A stretch of 64,000 bases of DNA from Macrostomum lignano (lineage: Eukaryota), in contig NIVC01001081.1 in NCBI GenBank assembly GCA_002269645.1, positions 186,001-250,000 on the forward strand, written 5' to 3'. This document shows, piece after piece, positions 1 to 9,659 of the stretch (its first letter is position 1; each line of letters begins with the position of its first letter). The translations under genes and the position numbers were made by a program. The notes beneath the pieces were generated by a model. The model was not told where the DNA came from. It saw nothing but the letters and a program-made list of their open reading frames with translations, and searched no databases.

Positions 1-595
1 GAGCCGAGACACAATAAGCAGGGAGACAACCAGAGGAGTCAGCAGATGGACCAAGGCAAAGCAAGATGGACCAGGCAGGGAGGGCAGAGCTCATAACTCC
101 AGAATATTGGATGGCTACCCGGACTCAGCCGGTAATCCCCGATTCGGTCCGCCCCGGCTCGAGCGTATCATGCTGCAGACCCAGCACTTCACGTTCACAC
201 TGAGTCCCTGTCAGCAGATGGTGAATTTTCTATGCTATGCAGCATGCGGTAAAGGTCGAAGTCTAATGCAGGAAAGATGGAAAGTAGCAAGTTTTTTTAA
301 GCGAAGTCATTTAACGGGGATAAAAAATTAGAACTGACTGTCATTTTTATTGCGAAGCTAAATTTTTTTGGTCATTTCTGACAAAATTAATAAATTTGTT
401 TATACTTATAGCGCTTTTTAATTGTACAGGTTAATCGCAAATTCTAATTTCCCTCAAATGTTAGCAATCATGCTGTACTCGCTGTCGCTATCGATGCCGC
501 AGGTTTGATGGGGTCAGATCAGTAAAATGAATGCAAAAGAATAGGATAAAATATTCGTCATGGTATAAAATATGTTCGTACATTGATACAAGGGC

Positions 596-2290
596 TCAAA
601 AGAATTGGCGCTGCACACCTTCGGTGTGATTCTGGTGGTCAGCCGTGAGCCGCTGTTCCTCCGCATAGCAGTTCGACAGGCCCATGACTTCCAGCCATTG
701 CCGAAACTTTGAAACGGTAACGCTCTTGAGCAGTGGAGAATACGTTTGGAAACACGAGAGCCAGGTCGTCGTCCTTCGGGCGCTCGGCGAACGGCTGAGC
801 CAGCGCTGCTGCATAAGCAGGTCGGCACAAGGTGTGACGCTGGCCCAAGCCGACCCGTGCTTGGCGTTGGACTTGAGACTTTGCACCTTCAGCGGCTCGT
901 TGGCTGCTGGGCGTCAGAGATGAGGCAGGTCGAGACCACGCCTTGCCGGTTGGCATTGCCATCACCAAAACAGATAGTCATGCCAACGGCAAGGTATGTC
1001 ACCGTCCTGTGCGGATAGGAATTAGAGGTATTTATTTATTTAAAGGTAACTTTCTGAGCTGTCTCAAGAATTTTGTACTTTTTGAGCTAATAAAATTCGC
1101 AATACCATTTTGAATCCCAGTGCCCTTCTTAAGTCTATTAGCCCCAATGAACTTAACATGGCAGAAAATTCTCTAGTTTTATACCTCGACATAAAAAGCA
1201 TTGGGAAAAAATCAAAGTCACCTGTCCTTGGATGACTGCGCTTCTGCCAGCACAGCATCCTTCATCTCAAAGACGGCTTTAATTTGCTCGCTCGCTTGTT
1301 TCAGCATTGAATAGGACAAATTATCCTTGAAGTACGCGCTGATTTTGTCGCACAGATCCTCGCTGATCAGCTGCGTGAAACTCGGGATGTTGAGACGCTG
1401 CATCAGCCGTTTCAAATAGCAGCGGATCTCTCGGACCGTAGCCGGCTCCTTCCGTCCGCCGAGAGAGCTGGCCAGGAAGCCACAAAGTCTTCTACATCAA
1501 TTGTTGATGCATGCTCGGCCACCGCTGCTCTGGCCGGCACTGTGGCCGTGGCGTCGACCAGTTTTTGTTACTTTTCGGCTCGGACTGCGTCAGGGTGCTT
1601 CTCCACTCTCCGCAGACTTCACATTGTCGCGCCGTCTCCGGCATCGGGCCAGCAGTGATTTGGTGCGTATGCAGCTTTTCTTTGCAAGGCATCTGCCGGT
1701 AGCAGGGGGGGGGGGCCGTAGCCCAGCGGTAGCGCAGCTGCTCTGGTGTTCCAGCGACCCAGGCTCGATTCCAAGTGCAGTCACATTAATTTGGGGCTGA
1801 ATTGGAATCTCGGCTTGGCTCTGCTCGTGCAATTAACGGCCTTGAGAGCCAACCCCCCAAGGCGCAGTGAAGTGTACATGCCTAACGATAAAATAAAGTT
1901 AGGGCCGCTGTACACTCCTGTGTGAGTGTGTGCCTGCGTACGTATCCGCGCGCTTGTATGCTGCTCAGGGGAGTCGGCGGAATGGGCAGCAATGCCTCTC
2001 GCCGGTTGTGTGTTGATGTCGCTTAAAGTGCGCCAGGGTGCACACAACCCCCTGCCTCTAATAAAAAAACTCTGCCGGTAGCTGTGCAGCCGCTGCCAGC
2101 TTTTCCTTTGTACTTTCCAGCACAGGCGAATGAGTCCTATTCATATGCTCGCTAAACCGAGACTCTTTGATGGGCAAGCAGTTGCTAAACGGGCAGATGT
2201 ACTCTTGCCCGGCCCGCATTTTCTTCAACTGCTGGACGTTGGCGGGCTGCTGGACGACTCCAATGGACGGCTTGGTCCATTGCTCCCATT
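596..2290 (-). pseudogene. Degenerate C2H2 zinc-finger + tyrosine recombinase gene (Crypton-like DNA transposon fossil), one intron, interrupted by a SINE
   Basis: Manual minus-strand translation across frameshifts gives: YICPFSNCLPIKESRFSEHMNRTH (2201-2130), RQCEVCGEW (~1630-1605), FLASSLGGRKEPATVREIRCYLKRL, then a GT-AG intron at 1221-1007 in phase (AG|GTGACT...GCACAG|G). After it come TVTYLAVGMTICFGDGNANRQGVV (box I Arg at 948-946), LKVQSLKSNAKHGSA, TVSKFRQ (Arg 703-701) and ADHQNHTEGVQRQFF* (His 628-626; Phe at the expected catalytic Tyr position). Residue order matches the tyrosine recombinase R-K-xxR-H-Y pattern. Confidence 0.65.
1704..2070 (+). mobile_element. tRNA-derived SINE, full-length copy 1
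   Basis: 5' G-run, then A box TAGCCCAGCGG and B-box-like GGCTCGATTCC; 3' end CTCTAATAAAAAAA; 12-bp TSD TCTGCCGGTAGC at 1692-1703 and 2071-2082; near-identical copy at 13793-14138. Confidence 0.9.
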
Positions 2291-2992
2291 ATAAAAATTT
2301 TTCGATAAATTTTTTATCCATTTGAGTTTAATTGAAGAATTGAAATAGACTAAATTATTCGAAATAGAATTTCGAGAAATAGATAAAAATATGCAAGGAA
2401 AAGATGCATGTGCTCAAAAGTGGGGGACGAAGTCAGTGCGTTAGACGCGCCGGGGGGTGCCGCTGTACATGCTTCTGTACACTGGCGGGGGTTGAGGTGT
2501 GGGGGTGTTGGAACTGACTGAAAAATCGCCTCAGTTTTTTCACGCCATCAACTGACTTTTACGAGTGATCGCAAGCGTTCACACTGCAATCAACTGACTG
2601 ATACTGAGGAGAATGACTGGGCTGGGGTTTAGAGGAGGGTGACGCAAGTTTTACAATTTGTTGCGCGAGCAACACTGTGCGCACATTCTCCAGCTGAGCC
2701 CAAATTCGTACATATTTTCAGCAGGTTTGAGAAAACCATTTTTTGCTTTGAATTCAACACCAGTGAACAGTCTGTACCAGAGTACAAAGGCCCGCGCTCT
2801 TATTGATACAACTGGCGCGAGCTAACAAAAAACCTAGCACCTACACTTTTCCGATCGTCCTTTTTCCTGTTATTTCGATTGTCACGATGCCGAGGGTCGC
2901 ATAGAGCAGGATTTTCTTGCACCTTGTTTACCGGGGGTTCCTGCGGCAACCAACAGGCGCTGTTTTTTCACGCTTGCTCATTTCGCTTATGC

Positions 2993-3393
2993 AAGGGGTC
3001 GGCAAACTGTTTTACCCCAAGGGCCAGATAGAGAACCTTGAGCAGGGGTCGGCAAACTGTTTTATTCCAAGGGCCAGATAGAGAACCTAGAGCAGGGGTC
3101 GGCAAACCGTTTTACCCCAAGGGCCAGATAAAGAACCTTGAGCAGGGGTCGGCAAACTTTTTTACCCCAAGGGCCAGATAGAGAACCTTGAGCAGGGGTC
3201 GGCAAACTGTTTTACCCCAAGGGCCAGATAGAGAACCTTGAGCAGGGGTCGGCAAACTTTTCTACCCCAAGGGCCAGATAAAGAATATTGAGCAGGGGTC
3301 GGCAAACTGTTTTACCCCAAGGGCCAGATAAAGAACCTAGAGCAGGGGTCGGCAAACTTTTCTACCCCAAGGGCCAGATAAATAACCTTGAGC
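2993..3393 (+). repeat. 50-bp tandem repeat, about 8 copies (hAT left terminus)
   Basis: Unit CAGGGGTCGGCAAACTGTTTTACCCCAAGGGCCAGATAGAGAACCTTGAG repeats with period 50 (e.g. 3001 and 3051). Confidence 0.95.
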
Positions 3394-3624
3394 ATGACTG
3401 CGGTCCGGAGGAAAGAGGAGATGCGAGGGAATAAAAATGAAAGAAGGCAGATAGGAGAAGGGAGAGGCGAGGGAATAAAGGAGCAAAGAGGAGAGAAGAG
3501 AGAAGAGCGCTGAGAAGAGACAAACATCGAGCGGGCCGGATTGTGCAGTTGTGCTATTGTGCGGTTTCAAAGGACCGCGAGGGCCGGATGAAGAGGCTTT
3601 GCGGGCCGGAGTTGCCGACCCCTG
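2993..3624 (+). mobile_element. Non-autonomous hAT-type element (MITE) with tandemly amplified left end
   Basis: Left end (C/A)AGGGGTCGGCAAAC, right end GTTGCCGACCCCTG (inverted). 8-bp flanks GCTTATGC (2985-2992) and GCTCATGT (3625-3632) match 6/8, a degenerate hAT-length TSD. Subterminal GGGCCAGATA and GCGGGCCGGA motifs. Confidence 0.75.
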
Positions 3625-3801
3625 GCTCATGTGATGGAAAATAATGAAATAGTTAATAACCTGACTGGTGTGATGAACAATCAATTTTGAAGCGACAGTC
3701 AGACTAGACGGAGAGTTGTTGAAATAGAGTGGCTTGAGTTGAATTTTGTGTGTTTCGCAACTTGAGGGCCGCCATTTCTCTTTTTTTGCTCAGCCGCCGT
3801 C

Positions 3802-4786
3802 ATGAGTGCCAGCCCAAAGCGACTCAACGTGCGCCAACTCAAGGCTGAGCTGCGAAACAGAGGCCTGCCTACTACAGGCCGCAAACAACAGCTTGCCAAG
3901 CGCTTGTCTACTGCACTCGGCTTAGAGCAAGCTGACGAAGACTTCAACAACTCAAAGCCCTCAGTATGGAGGCCTTTCACCTTCCTGGTCGCATGCAGAT
4001 TTTGCTGATGCTCGCCTCCTTTTGCAGGTCGCCCTCGCCCTCTGGAGACGCCGCCCGCCCCCCGCTGTGTCCGCCGGACACCTGTGCCGCCTCGGCCTGG
4101 CGGAGAACTCCTGGAGATCCTACCTCAGCCAGCTGCGCTCCTGGGAAGCCCTCTGTGTCATTCTCCAGCCTCTGAGCCTACGTCCATGCCGTCTCGTTTC
4201 TGCACCAAGCCACCGGCGCCCCCGACCCAGCGAAAGACTTCACCGTGCAGCTGGCCCTCCGCGGCGCCAAACGTCATCTGGGCCTGCGATGCAAACAGGC
4301 GAAGCCGCTGACCATCGGGCACCTCAAGAGCATCCATCAGCAGCTCCCGCGCTCCATCTCAAGCGCAGATCTCAGGGCCGCCTTCTGGGCGGCTCTCCTG
4401 GTGGGCTGGTGGGGCATGTTGCGCCTTGGCGACTTTCTATCGACCCGCGGCAGCCGCTCTGTCTCGCGGGCTGCCTGTCGGCTTCATCTGGCTGCTGGAA
4501 GTTGGCCCTCCCTAAGACCAAGACCAACCAGTTCGGGTCGACGCCGCATGTCGTCCAGAGTCACCACTCTGCCCTGTGCGCGCCCTGTGGGTTTCTCCGG
4601 CCACAGCATCCGGCGTGGGGTGCCAGCTTCTGTCATCAAATCGGCTTGTCAGATTCGGACGTTCGGGCTCTTGGGGGCTGGAGATCGGACGCTGTGCTCC
4701 GCTACTTTTCTGCCAGCTCTGCCCTGTCGCGCCGCCAGCGCTCTGCTTCTTTCATGACTTCGCAGCTGCAGGCTGCTTCCACCTGA
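3802..4786 (+). mobile_element. Internally deleted Ngaro/DIRS-type retrotransposon remnant (SAP-domain ORF start, RNase H tail, frameshifted tyrosine recombinase)
   Basis: 3802: SAP motif LNVRQLKAELRNRGLPTTGRKQQLAKRL. ~3985: PGR..FADARL, resembling the RNase H end. Recombinase pieces across two frames: LAENSWRSYLSQLRSWEALC, FWAALLVGWWGMLRLGDF, LPKTKTNQFG, GHSIRRG, GASFCHQIGLSDSDVRALGGWRSDAVLRY. No reverse transcriptase is present. Confidence 0.8.
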
Positions 4787-5058
4787 TTGCCTTCCCGCTT
4801 TTACTCCTTCCCTTCCCCATCATTGGGGTTGGGATCCGCTTTCTCGGCCGCTGCCTGCTTTTCGCAACTGATTTGTCTCGTTTGGCTCCTTCCGGCGTGT
4901 TTAATGGCGCAATCGTAAGTTTGGTGCAGCAAATTGCTGCTTAGATGGCCTTCCAACATGAACCACCTACCACTTTCACTAAGCATTGCGCCATTTTGAC
5001 CATACTCAGCGCACGTATTTGCTTTTAAACAGTCAAAAAACAGTGATCCTTATCTTTA

Positions 5059-7277
5059 TGATGTAACCACGCTCTGGTCGCGGGATAGGGCATGGGAACT
5101 TTTTCGAAAGTGCCTCCTATCCCGTGCACCCTCTGCACAGAGCTGTCGAGACTCGGCCAGGTCTCCGACCGGGCCTGGAGACTCCCGCTCTGCTGCACCC
5201 CTCCTGCTGCCTTGGTCCCGTCTCTCCTGCCGCCACACCTGCCTTTCCGGAGCCCCTACCCCTTTCTGTACCTCCCCCTCTGCCCTGTCTCTTCTGTTCC
5301 CGCCCTATTCTTCCTGTACTTTCTCTACCTCCTCCCTTTTTTTTGTCTCCCTCTGCACTCTTTTCCTGCGCTGTCCCCTCTTTCCCTGTGTCTACTTACA
5401 GTACTTTGTGTGCTCACCGTCTCCCCATCCCCTCTCAAACTCCCAAACGGTGACGCAAGTCGTGTGACCCCTTCTCCCCCTCGGTGACTCATCGATGACT
5501 CATCCCCCTCTCTTGCGCAACCTTTTCTCACGCTATTGTTCTCCTTCCCAAATTTCTCATGTGACACCCACCCCACCTCCGCTTCTATTGTTCTCGTTTT
5601 TGCTTCTTTTGTTCTCTCGACCCCCACCAATTATCACATTTTCTCCGATTTTCTCTTTCTTTTGTTCTCGTTTTCGCACCTAATTATCACCTTTTCTCCA
5701 ATGTTTACTTTTCCATTGTTCTCAGTTTTCCCCAATTATCCCCGATTTCCAATTCCTTTGTTCTCGACCCCAGCCCTATTGTTCTCAATGTTTGCTTGCG
5801 CAACACTTTCGCGACCACCCGCTGCGCCAATTATCCCCCCACCCCACCTCCGGATTGCGCAATTTCCCGATTTCTCATGTTGCTATGCCGGTCTCATGCT
5901 TCTCATCATGACTCATTCTGACGTCATTCTGCCGGCAGCCAATCAGAGAGAGGGAGCCATGGTAACGACCTTGAGGAGGCGGCTGTGAGGTCTATAAAAG
6001 GAAGCGATTTCGGCATGAGAATACTCAACTGAGTTTATCTCTGTTCCTCTCCTCGTCCTTCTTTGGACTTGCTGTCAGATTGAGTTCTGACCCATTCGTC
6101 TATAAGACGAATCCCTGCCGGTCCGCGGTCTGTTACCGCCAAGTTATCCTTAGCTCCCCAAGTGAGCTCGCCTATCGGCCAGCGGTCTGATACCGCCCAG
6201 CATCATCAGCATCGCCTGATCTACATCAGCGCCTCGTCGCTCCAGCGCATCGCCGCTTCACCGTCTGCCTGACTGCAGCCTACAGCCGCCCTCGGTCACT
6301 CCGCCTCTCTCTCTCTCTGTGCAGCTGCCGGTAAGTTCCTGCTACTAATTTGTGCTCTAATTGCCTTTGCTTATCCGGGGTTTGCCTATTTTCCATTGTC
6401 TGATTAGAGAGCTGAGCCAATTGTGATACCGTATCTTTTGCTGTATCTTACTCAATAGTGAAGCCGCCTAATTGCCTGCTTATTTGCCTAAGGGCCTAAT
6501 TATTAACTATTAACTAACTTCATCATTATTCAATCTTTCACCATCATTTCACTCATGGCTTGCTAAGCCTTTCCCCCGGGGTGGCAAAGCATAAGGAAGT
6601 TTGGGTAAGCTAATGGCCTCTCCCCGTGCACAGCCCGCCTGTGAGTGCGTGCTGCGGGGCCGCGTGTGCGTGCAGTAGAGGGATTAGCGAGTCTTGGCAC
6701 AGAATGGCAGTAGGAAGGTTGCAACCCCATGCTAACGCGTCCCTTCGCCCTGAGCAATCTAAACTGTAGACAGTACATGTTCGCCTCATACTACTCTTAG
6801 TAATCAAAGTCGCAAGTCAGCCTCGCTCACAGCCACAAAGGATCCCCTGCTGAGAAATCCTCCAGGATTGAGCCCAGAGTTCCCGATCATGCCCCAAGCA
6901 GAGTCCCTGTACTCGGCTGCATGCGTCTCCCCTGTTAGCCTAAATCCCCTGGTAACCAATCCAGGCGGGGCTCTAGCCTCGAGAGGTCTGGTAGAAAGAT
7001 CCAGGTGCGCCAGGTCACATAGAGTGGTGGCAGCCACTCGGTCATACCATGACCGAGTGACCAACTATTGCACCTTGGCTACAGGTGGGGTCCATGTGGG
7101 TCCTTGGCCCTCTGGTCACGAAGCGCTACCAAAGCTACTAATCATGTGGGCGGGACAGTCTGGTGCTGGAGGTCCGTCAGGTCATTGCCCGGTCCTAGGC
7201 AGCCTACGGTCATTGCCCCCTCTAGCCATGCGTTCGTCTCTCTACGGAGCGGACAGGCGACAAGGGCGGTTACATCA
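5059..7277 (+). mobile_element. Solo LTR-like element, 2219 bp
   Basis: Termini TGATGTAACC...GGTTACATCA (inverted, TG...CA); 4-bp TSD TTTA at 5055-5058 and 7278-7281; internal CCAATCA (~5940) and CTATAAAAG (~5993); no recognisable coding domain. Confidence 0.75.
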
Positions 7278-7620
7278 TTTACTCAAACTCCACCTACAAT
7301 GGAAATGTGGGAAAAGCGCGAATCACACATCACAAAAGGAACAGCTGTGCATAATGCATGGAAAAAATAGATAAAAAATTGCTCGCTCACAGCGGACTCA
7401 CAGTGGGAAACCAAAACCAAACCAAAACTAGCAGCAAAACCAAATTGTATTTTGATACGAGGTAGAAAGTCCTTACTAAAGAAACTGGCGTAATAATTCT
7501 GAGCGCTGTCAATATATAGAATCAAATGGAGAGCTTAGAAATGACACTAAAATGGAGCTGGTATACACAGCTGCAGAGATGACGCAGACAGACTGGCCCG
7601 CTACTCTCAGCATCATTAAC

Positions 7621-7805
7621 TAGCCGCATCTTTTGCTTCTCATTGCTGCTGTTGCTGGGGGCTGGCATCTTTTGTTTCTCATTGCTGCTTTTGCTGGGGG
7701 CCGCATCTTTTGTTTCTCATTGCTGCTGCTGCTGGGGGCCGCATCTTTTGCTTCTCATTGCTGCTGTTGCTGGGGGCCGCATCTTTTGTTTCTCACTGCT
7801 GCTGC
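7621..7805 (+). repeat. ~39-bp degenerate tandem repeat, about 5 copies
   Basis: GCCGCATCTTTTG(C/T)TTCTCATTGCTGCTGTTGCTGGGG units; one related copy in reverse orientation at ~12764-12812. Confidence 0.8.
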
Positions 7806-8789
7806 TGATGCAGGCTGCCTCACGCATCACTTCTGAAATTTTTTTCTTTACCGCTGCAGCACCAGTCAACGCCAGCATTAAAATGAAACAAGAAAATGCA
7901 TGAAACTTTGCTGCTGCTTCAATTGTCCCTCCACTTCACACAATGAATGCCACAGCAACAGCTGTAGCTTTTACAGTTACAGTAAGATCAATACTTGCCG
8001 CCAGGTTTCTATCGGTTGATCAACGGCTTTGACTGCACCGATTCTGAGTTTTTCCATCACTCCTAATGATGTCACTTCTCTGATTGACTGTGCAGCTGTG
8101 TGCTCAGTGACTTTGTGCTCAACCAATGCAAACAGAGTGTGAGGGAATGCGCCTGCACCAAAACTGCACAAATCTGTGGTGAAGCGATAGGTGCGGCGTG
8201 AAGTACAGAGTTGTGAGTGAGTCGAAAACAGAGCAAAAGGCTGTGTGCTGCTGTCAGTGATGGCTGATGTGATTGATGAGTCAGAGAGGCAGCCCATTCG
8301 AAACTTGGCGTACATGATCAAGTTTGGACAATCGACTATCCACCAGGGACTGCATGTTGGGAGGCGAGCAGGCACCAGGCAAGCAAGGATCCTGCAGGAG
8401 GCTGGCACTGCAGCTGGTGCTGTGGATCCGAGTTTTGTGGCAGAGCGGGCAACCAAATAATTGTGGCGTTGGTAAGACAAAAAAAAATTTAACGCAAGAA
8501 CAACGGGGATTTTTTTCGATGCAGCCATTTTCGGGCTATGTTTTGATTTGACTCGAATTTATTATTGAGAAGGTAAAACACCTTAATCACAGCAGCTTAT
8601 TCACTTAGCATTGTTCTGAGAAATACAGCGAGTACTCATCAAGTACTACTTCGAAGTATCAAAGGGAAATTGCCTTTGATAAGTTTTCTATTAAAAATTT
8701 TTCGTGAAGATTTCTCTGTTTAATAATCTATTAAATATTATTGTTCTATTTAAAAGTACTTCCTTCTAGTGAGGTCTTCAGCAAGATCA

Positions 8790-9482
8790 TCAGTACACCT
8801 TCACGTACTTCTTCCAGTTGGGGTCCAGCTCGATCGCGTCACCAACACTGGCGTCAGTGAAGTCCAGCATCCGGCACCTGCCCTGCACAGCATTGTGCAG
8901 AGCAGCTCTGCACTGCCAGCGGCGTGAGCAGAGGGACAGACAGTCAAACTTCTTGTTAACAGCCGCGACCTCAGTGAAGCAGTAGTCAGGACTGATGTCA
9001 CCGAGCTTGAGGAACTCAGCGACCTTGAGGTAGGAGCTGTTCGGCGTTGTGATTGGCTGGCAGACTGCGCCATTAGTGTTCAGCATGCCGTCACCGAGTC
9101 CAGTGTTGAATATCAAGCCGAAGTCGTCATTGGCAGCGGAATTTTGGGGAGACGGCCCATTCCAATCAGAATCATTGGACTGAAGAAGCGAGCCATTCGT
9201 GAGGCGCCAGCCAGTGCGGGATGTCTGCCTCTCGCGCGTCAAGTCCGAGAATCCAACCCAGGACCAGGCGGAGATCTGCGATCGCACGGCTCGCATCACC
9301 CCAAGATCCAGCAGCAGTTCGCCACCGATTTGCAAGCAGCGCTCAGCTGCACCGCACCACGTTCTCTTCGGGGAGTATTCGATGAAGAGGCAGTGGCCGT
9401 TTGTGATGGTGAAAGGGAGCTGACAGGCGGATGCTGCAGTGAGAAGCAGAAGCTGCAGCTGCATAAGCGGTTGCAGCTGCAT
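8790..9482 (-). CDS. Secreted C-type-lectin-like domain + PAN/apple-like domain protein, single exon, 230 aa
   Basis: Second Met (9482) is followed by a hydrophobic signal peptide (MQLQPLMQLQLLLLTAASAC). CTLD motifs CLF..TWCGAAERCLQIGGELL, WVGFSD, W..GS, WNGPSP..AVCQ. C-terminal DCLSLCSRRWQCRAALHN..GRCRML is PAN/apple-like. ORF uninterrupted. Confidence 0.85.
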   Translation of the reverse strand: MQLQPLMQLQLLLLTAASACQLPFTITNGHCLFIEYSPKRTWCGAAERCLQIGGELLLDLGVMRAVRSQISAWSWVGFSDLTRERQTSRTGWRLTNGSLLQSNDSDWNGPSPQNSAANDDFGLIFNTGLGDGMLNTNGAVCQPITTPNSSYLKVAEFLKLGDISPDYCFTEVAAVNKKFDCLSLCSRRWQCRAALHNAVQGRCRMLDFTDASVGDAIELDPNWKKYVKVY

Positions 9483-9659
9483 GATGTTGCTTTCTTTGGC
9501 AGTGATGCAGATGTGACAAATGGGCAATGTTTTGTCAAGTGTGAGTTCAGTATGACGAAATTTAATTGGCATTTGCTTTTGTTCCAGGCAGCCAATCAGA
9601 AGTGAGAAAGTAAAGAATTTCTTTTGTGGCTTTTGAGATGCGTTTTACAGTTGCTGAAG

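Noticed and set aside
1-175. Possible LTR or other TE edge at the window start
   Set aside because: No second copy or diagnostic terminus is visible within the window.
1711-1785. Stand-alone tRNA gene
   Set aside because: It has A/B boxes but no complete cloverleaf that I could fold, and it continues into a SINE body with A-tail and TSD.
6868-7374. 168-aa ORF as gag of the LTR element
   Set aside because: Starts at a non-ATG codon, has no gag or zinc-knuckle motif, and crosses the element's TSD-defined end.
7977-8528. 183-aa minus-strand ORF (vague protease-like or PAN-like segments on either strand)
   Set aside because: No convincing motif set, no codon bias, and the opposite-strand Cys pattern is interrupted by stops; left unassigned pending a profile search.
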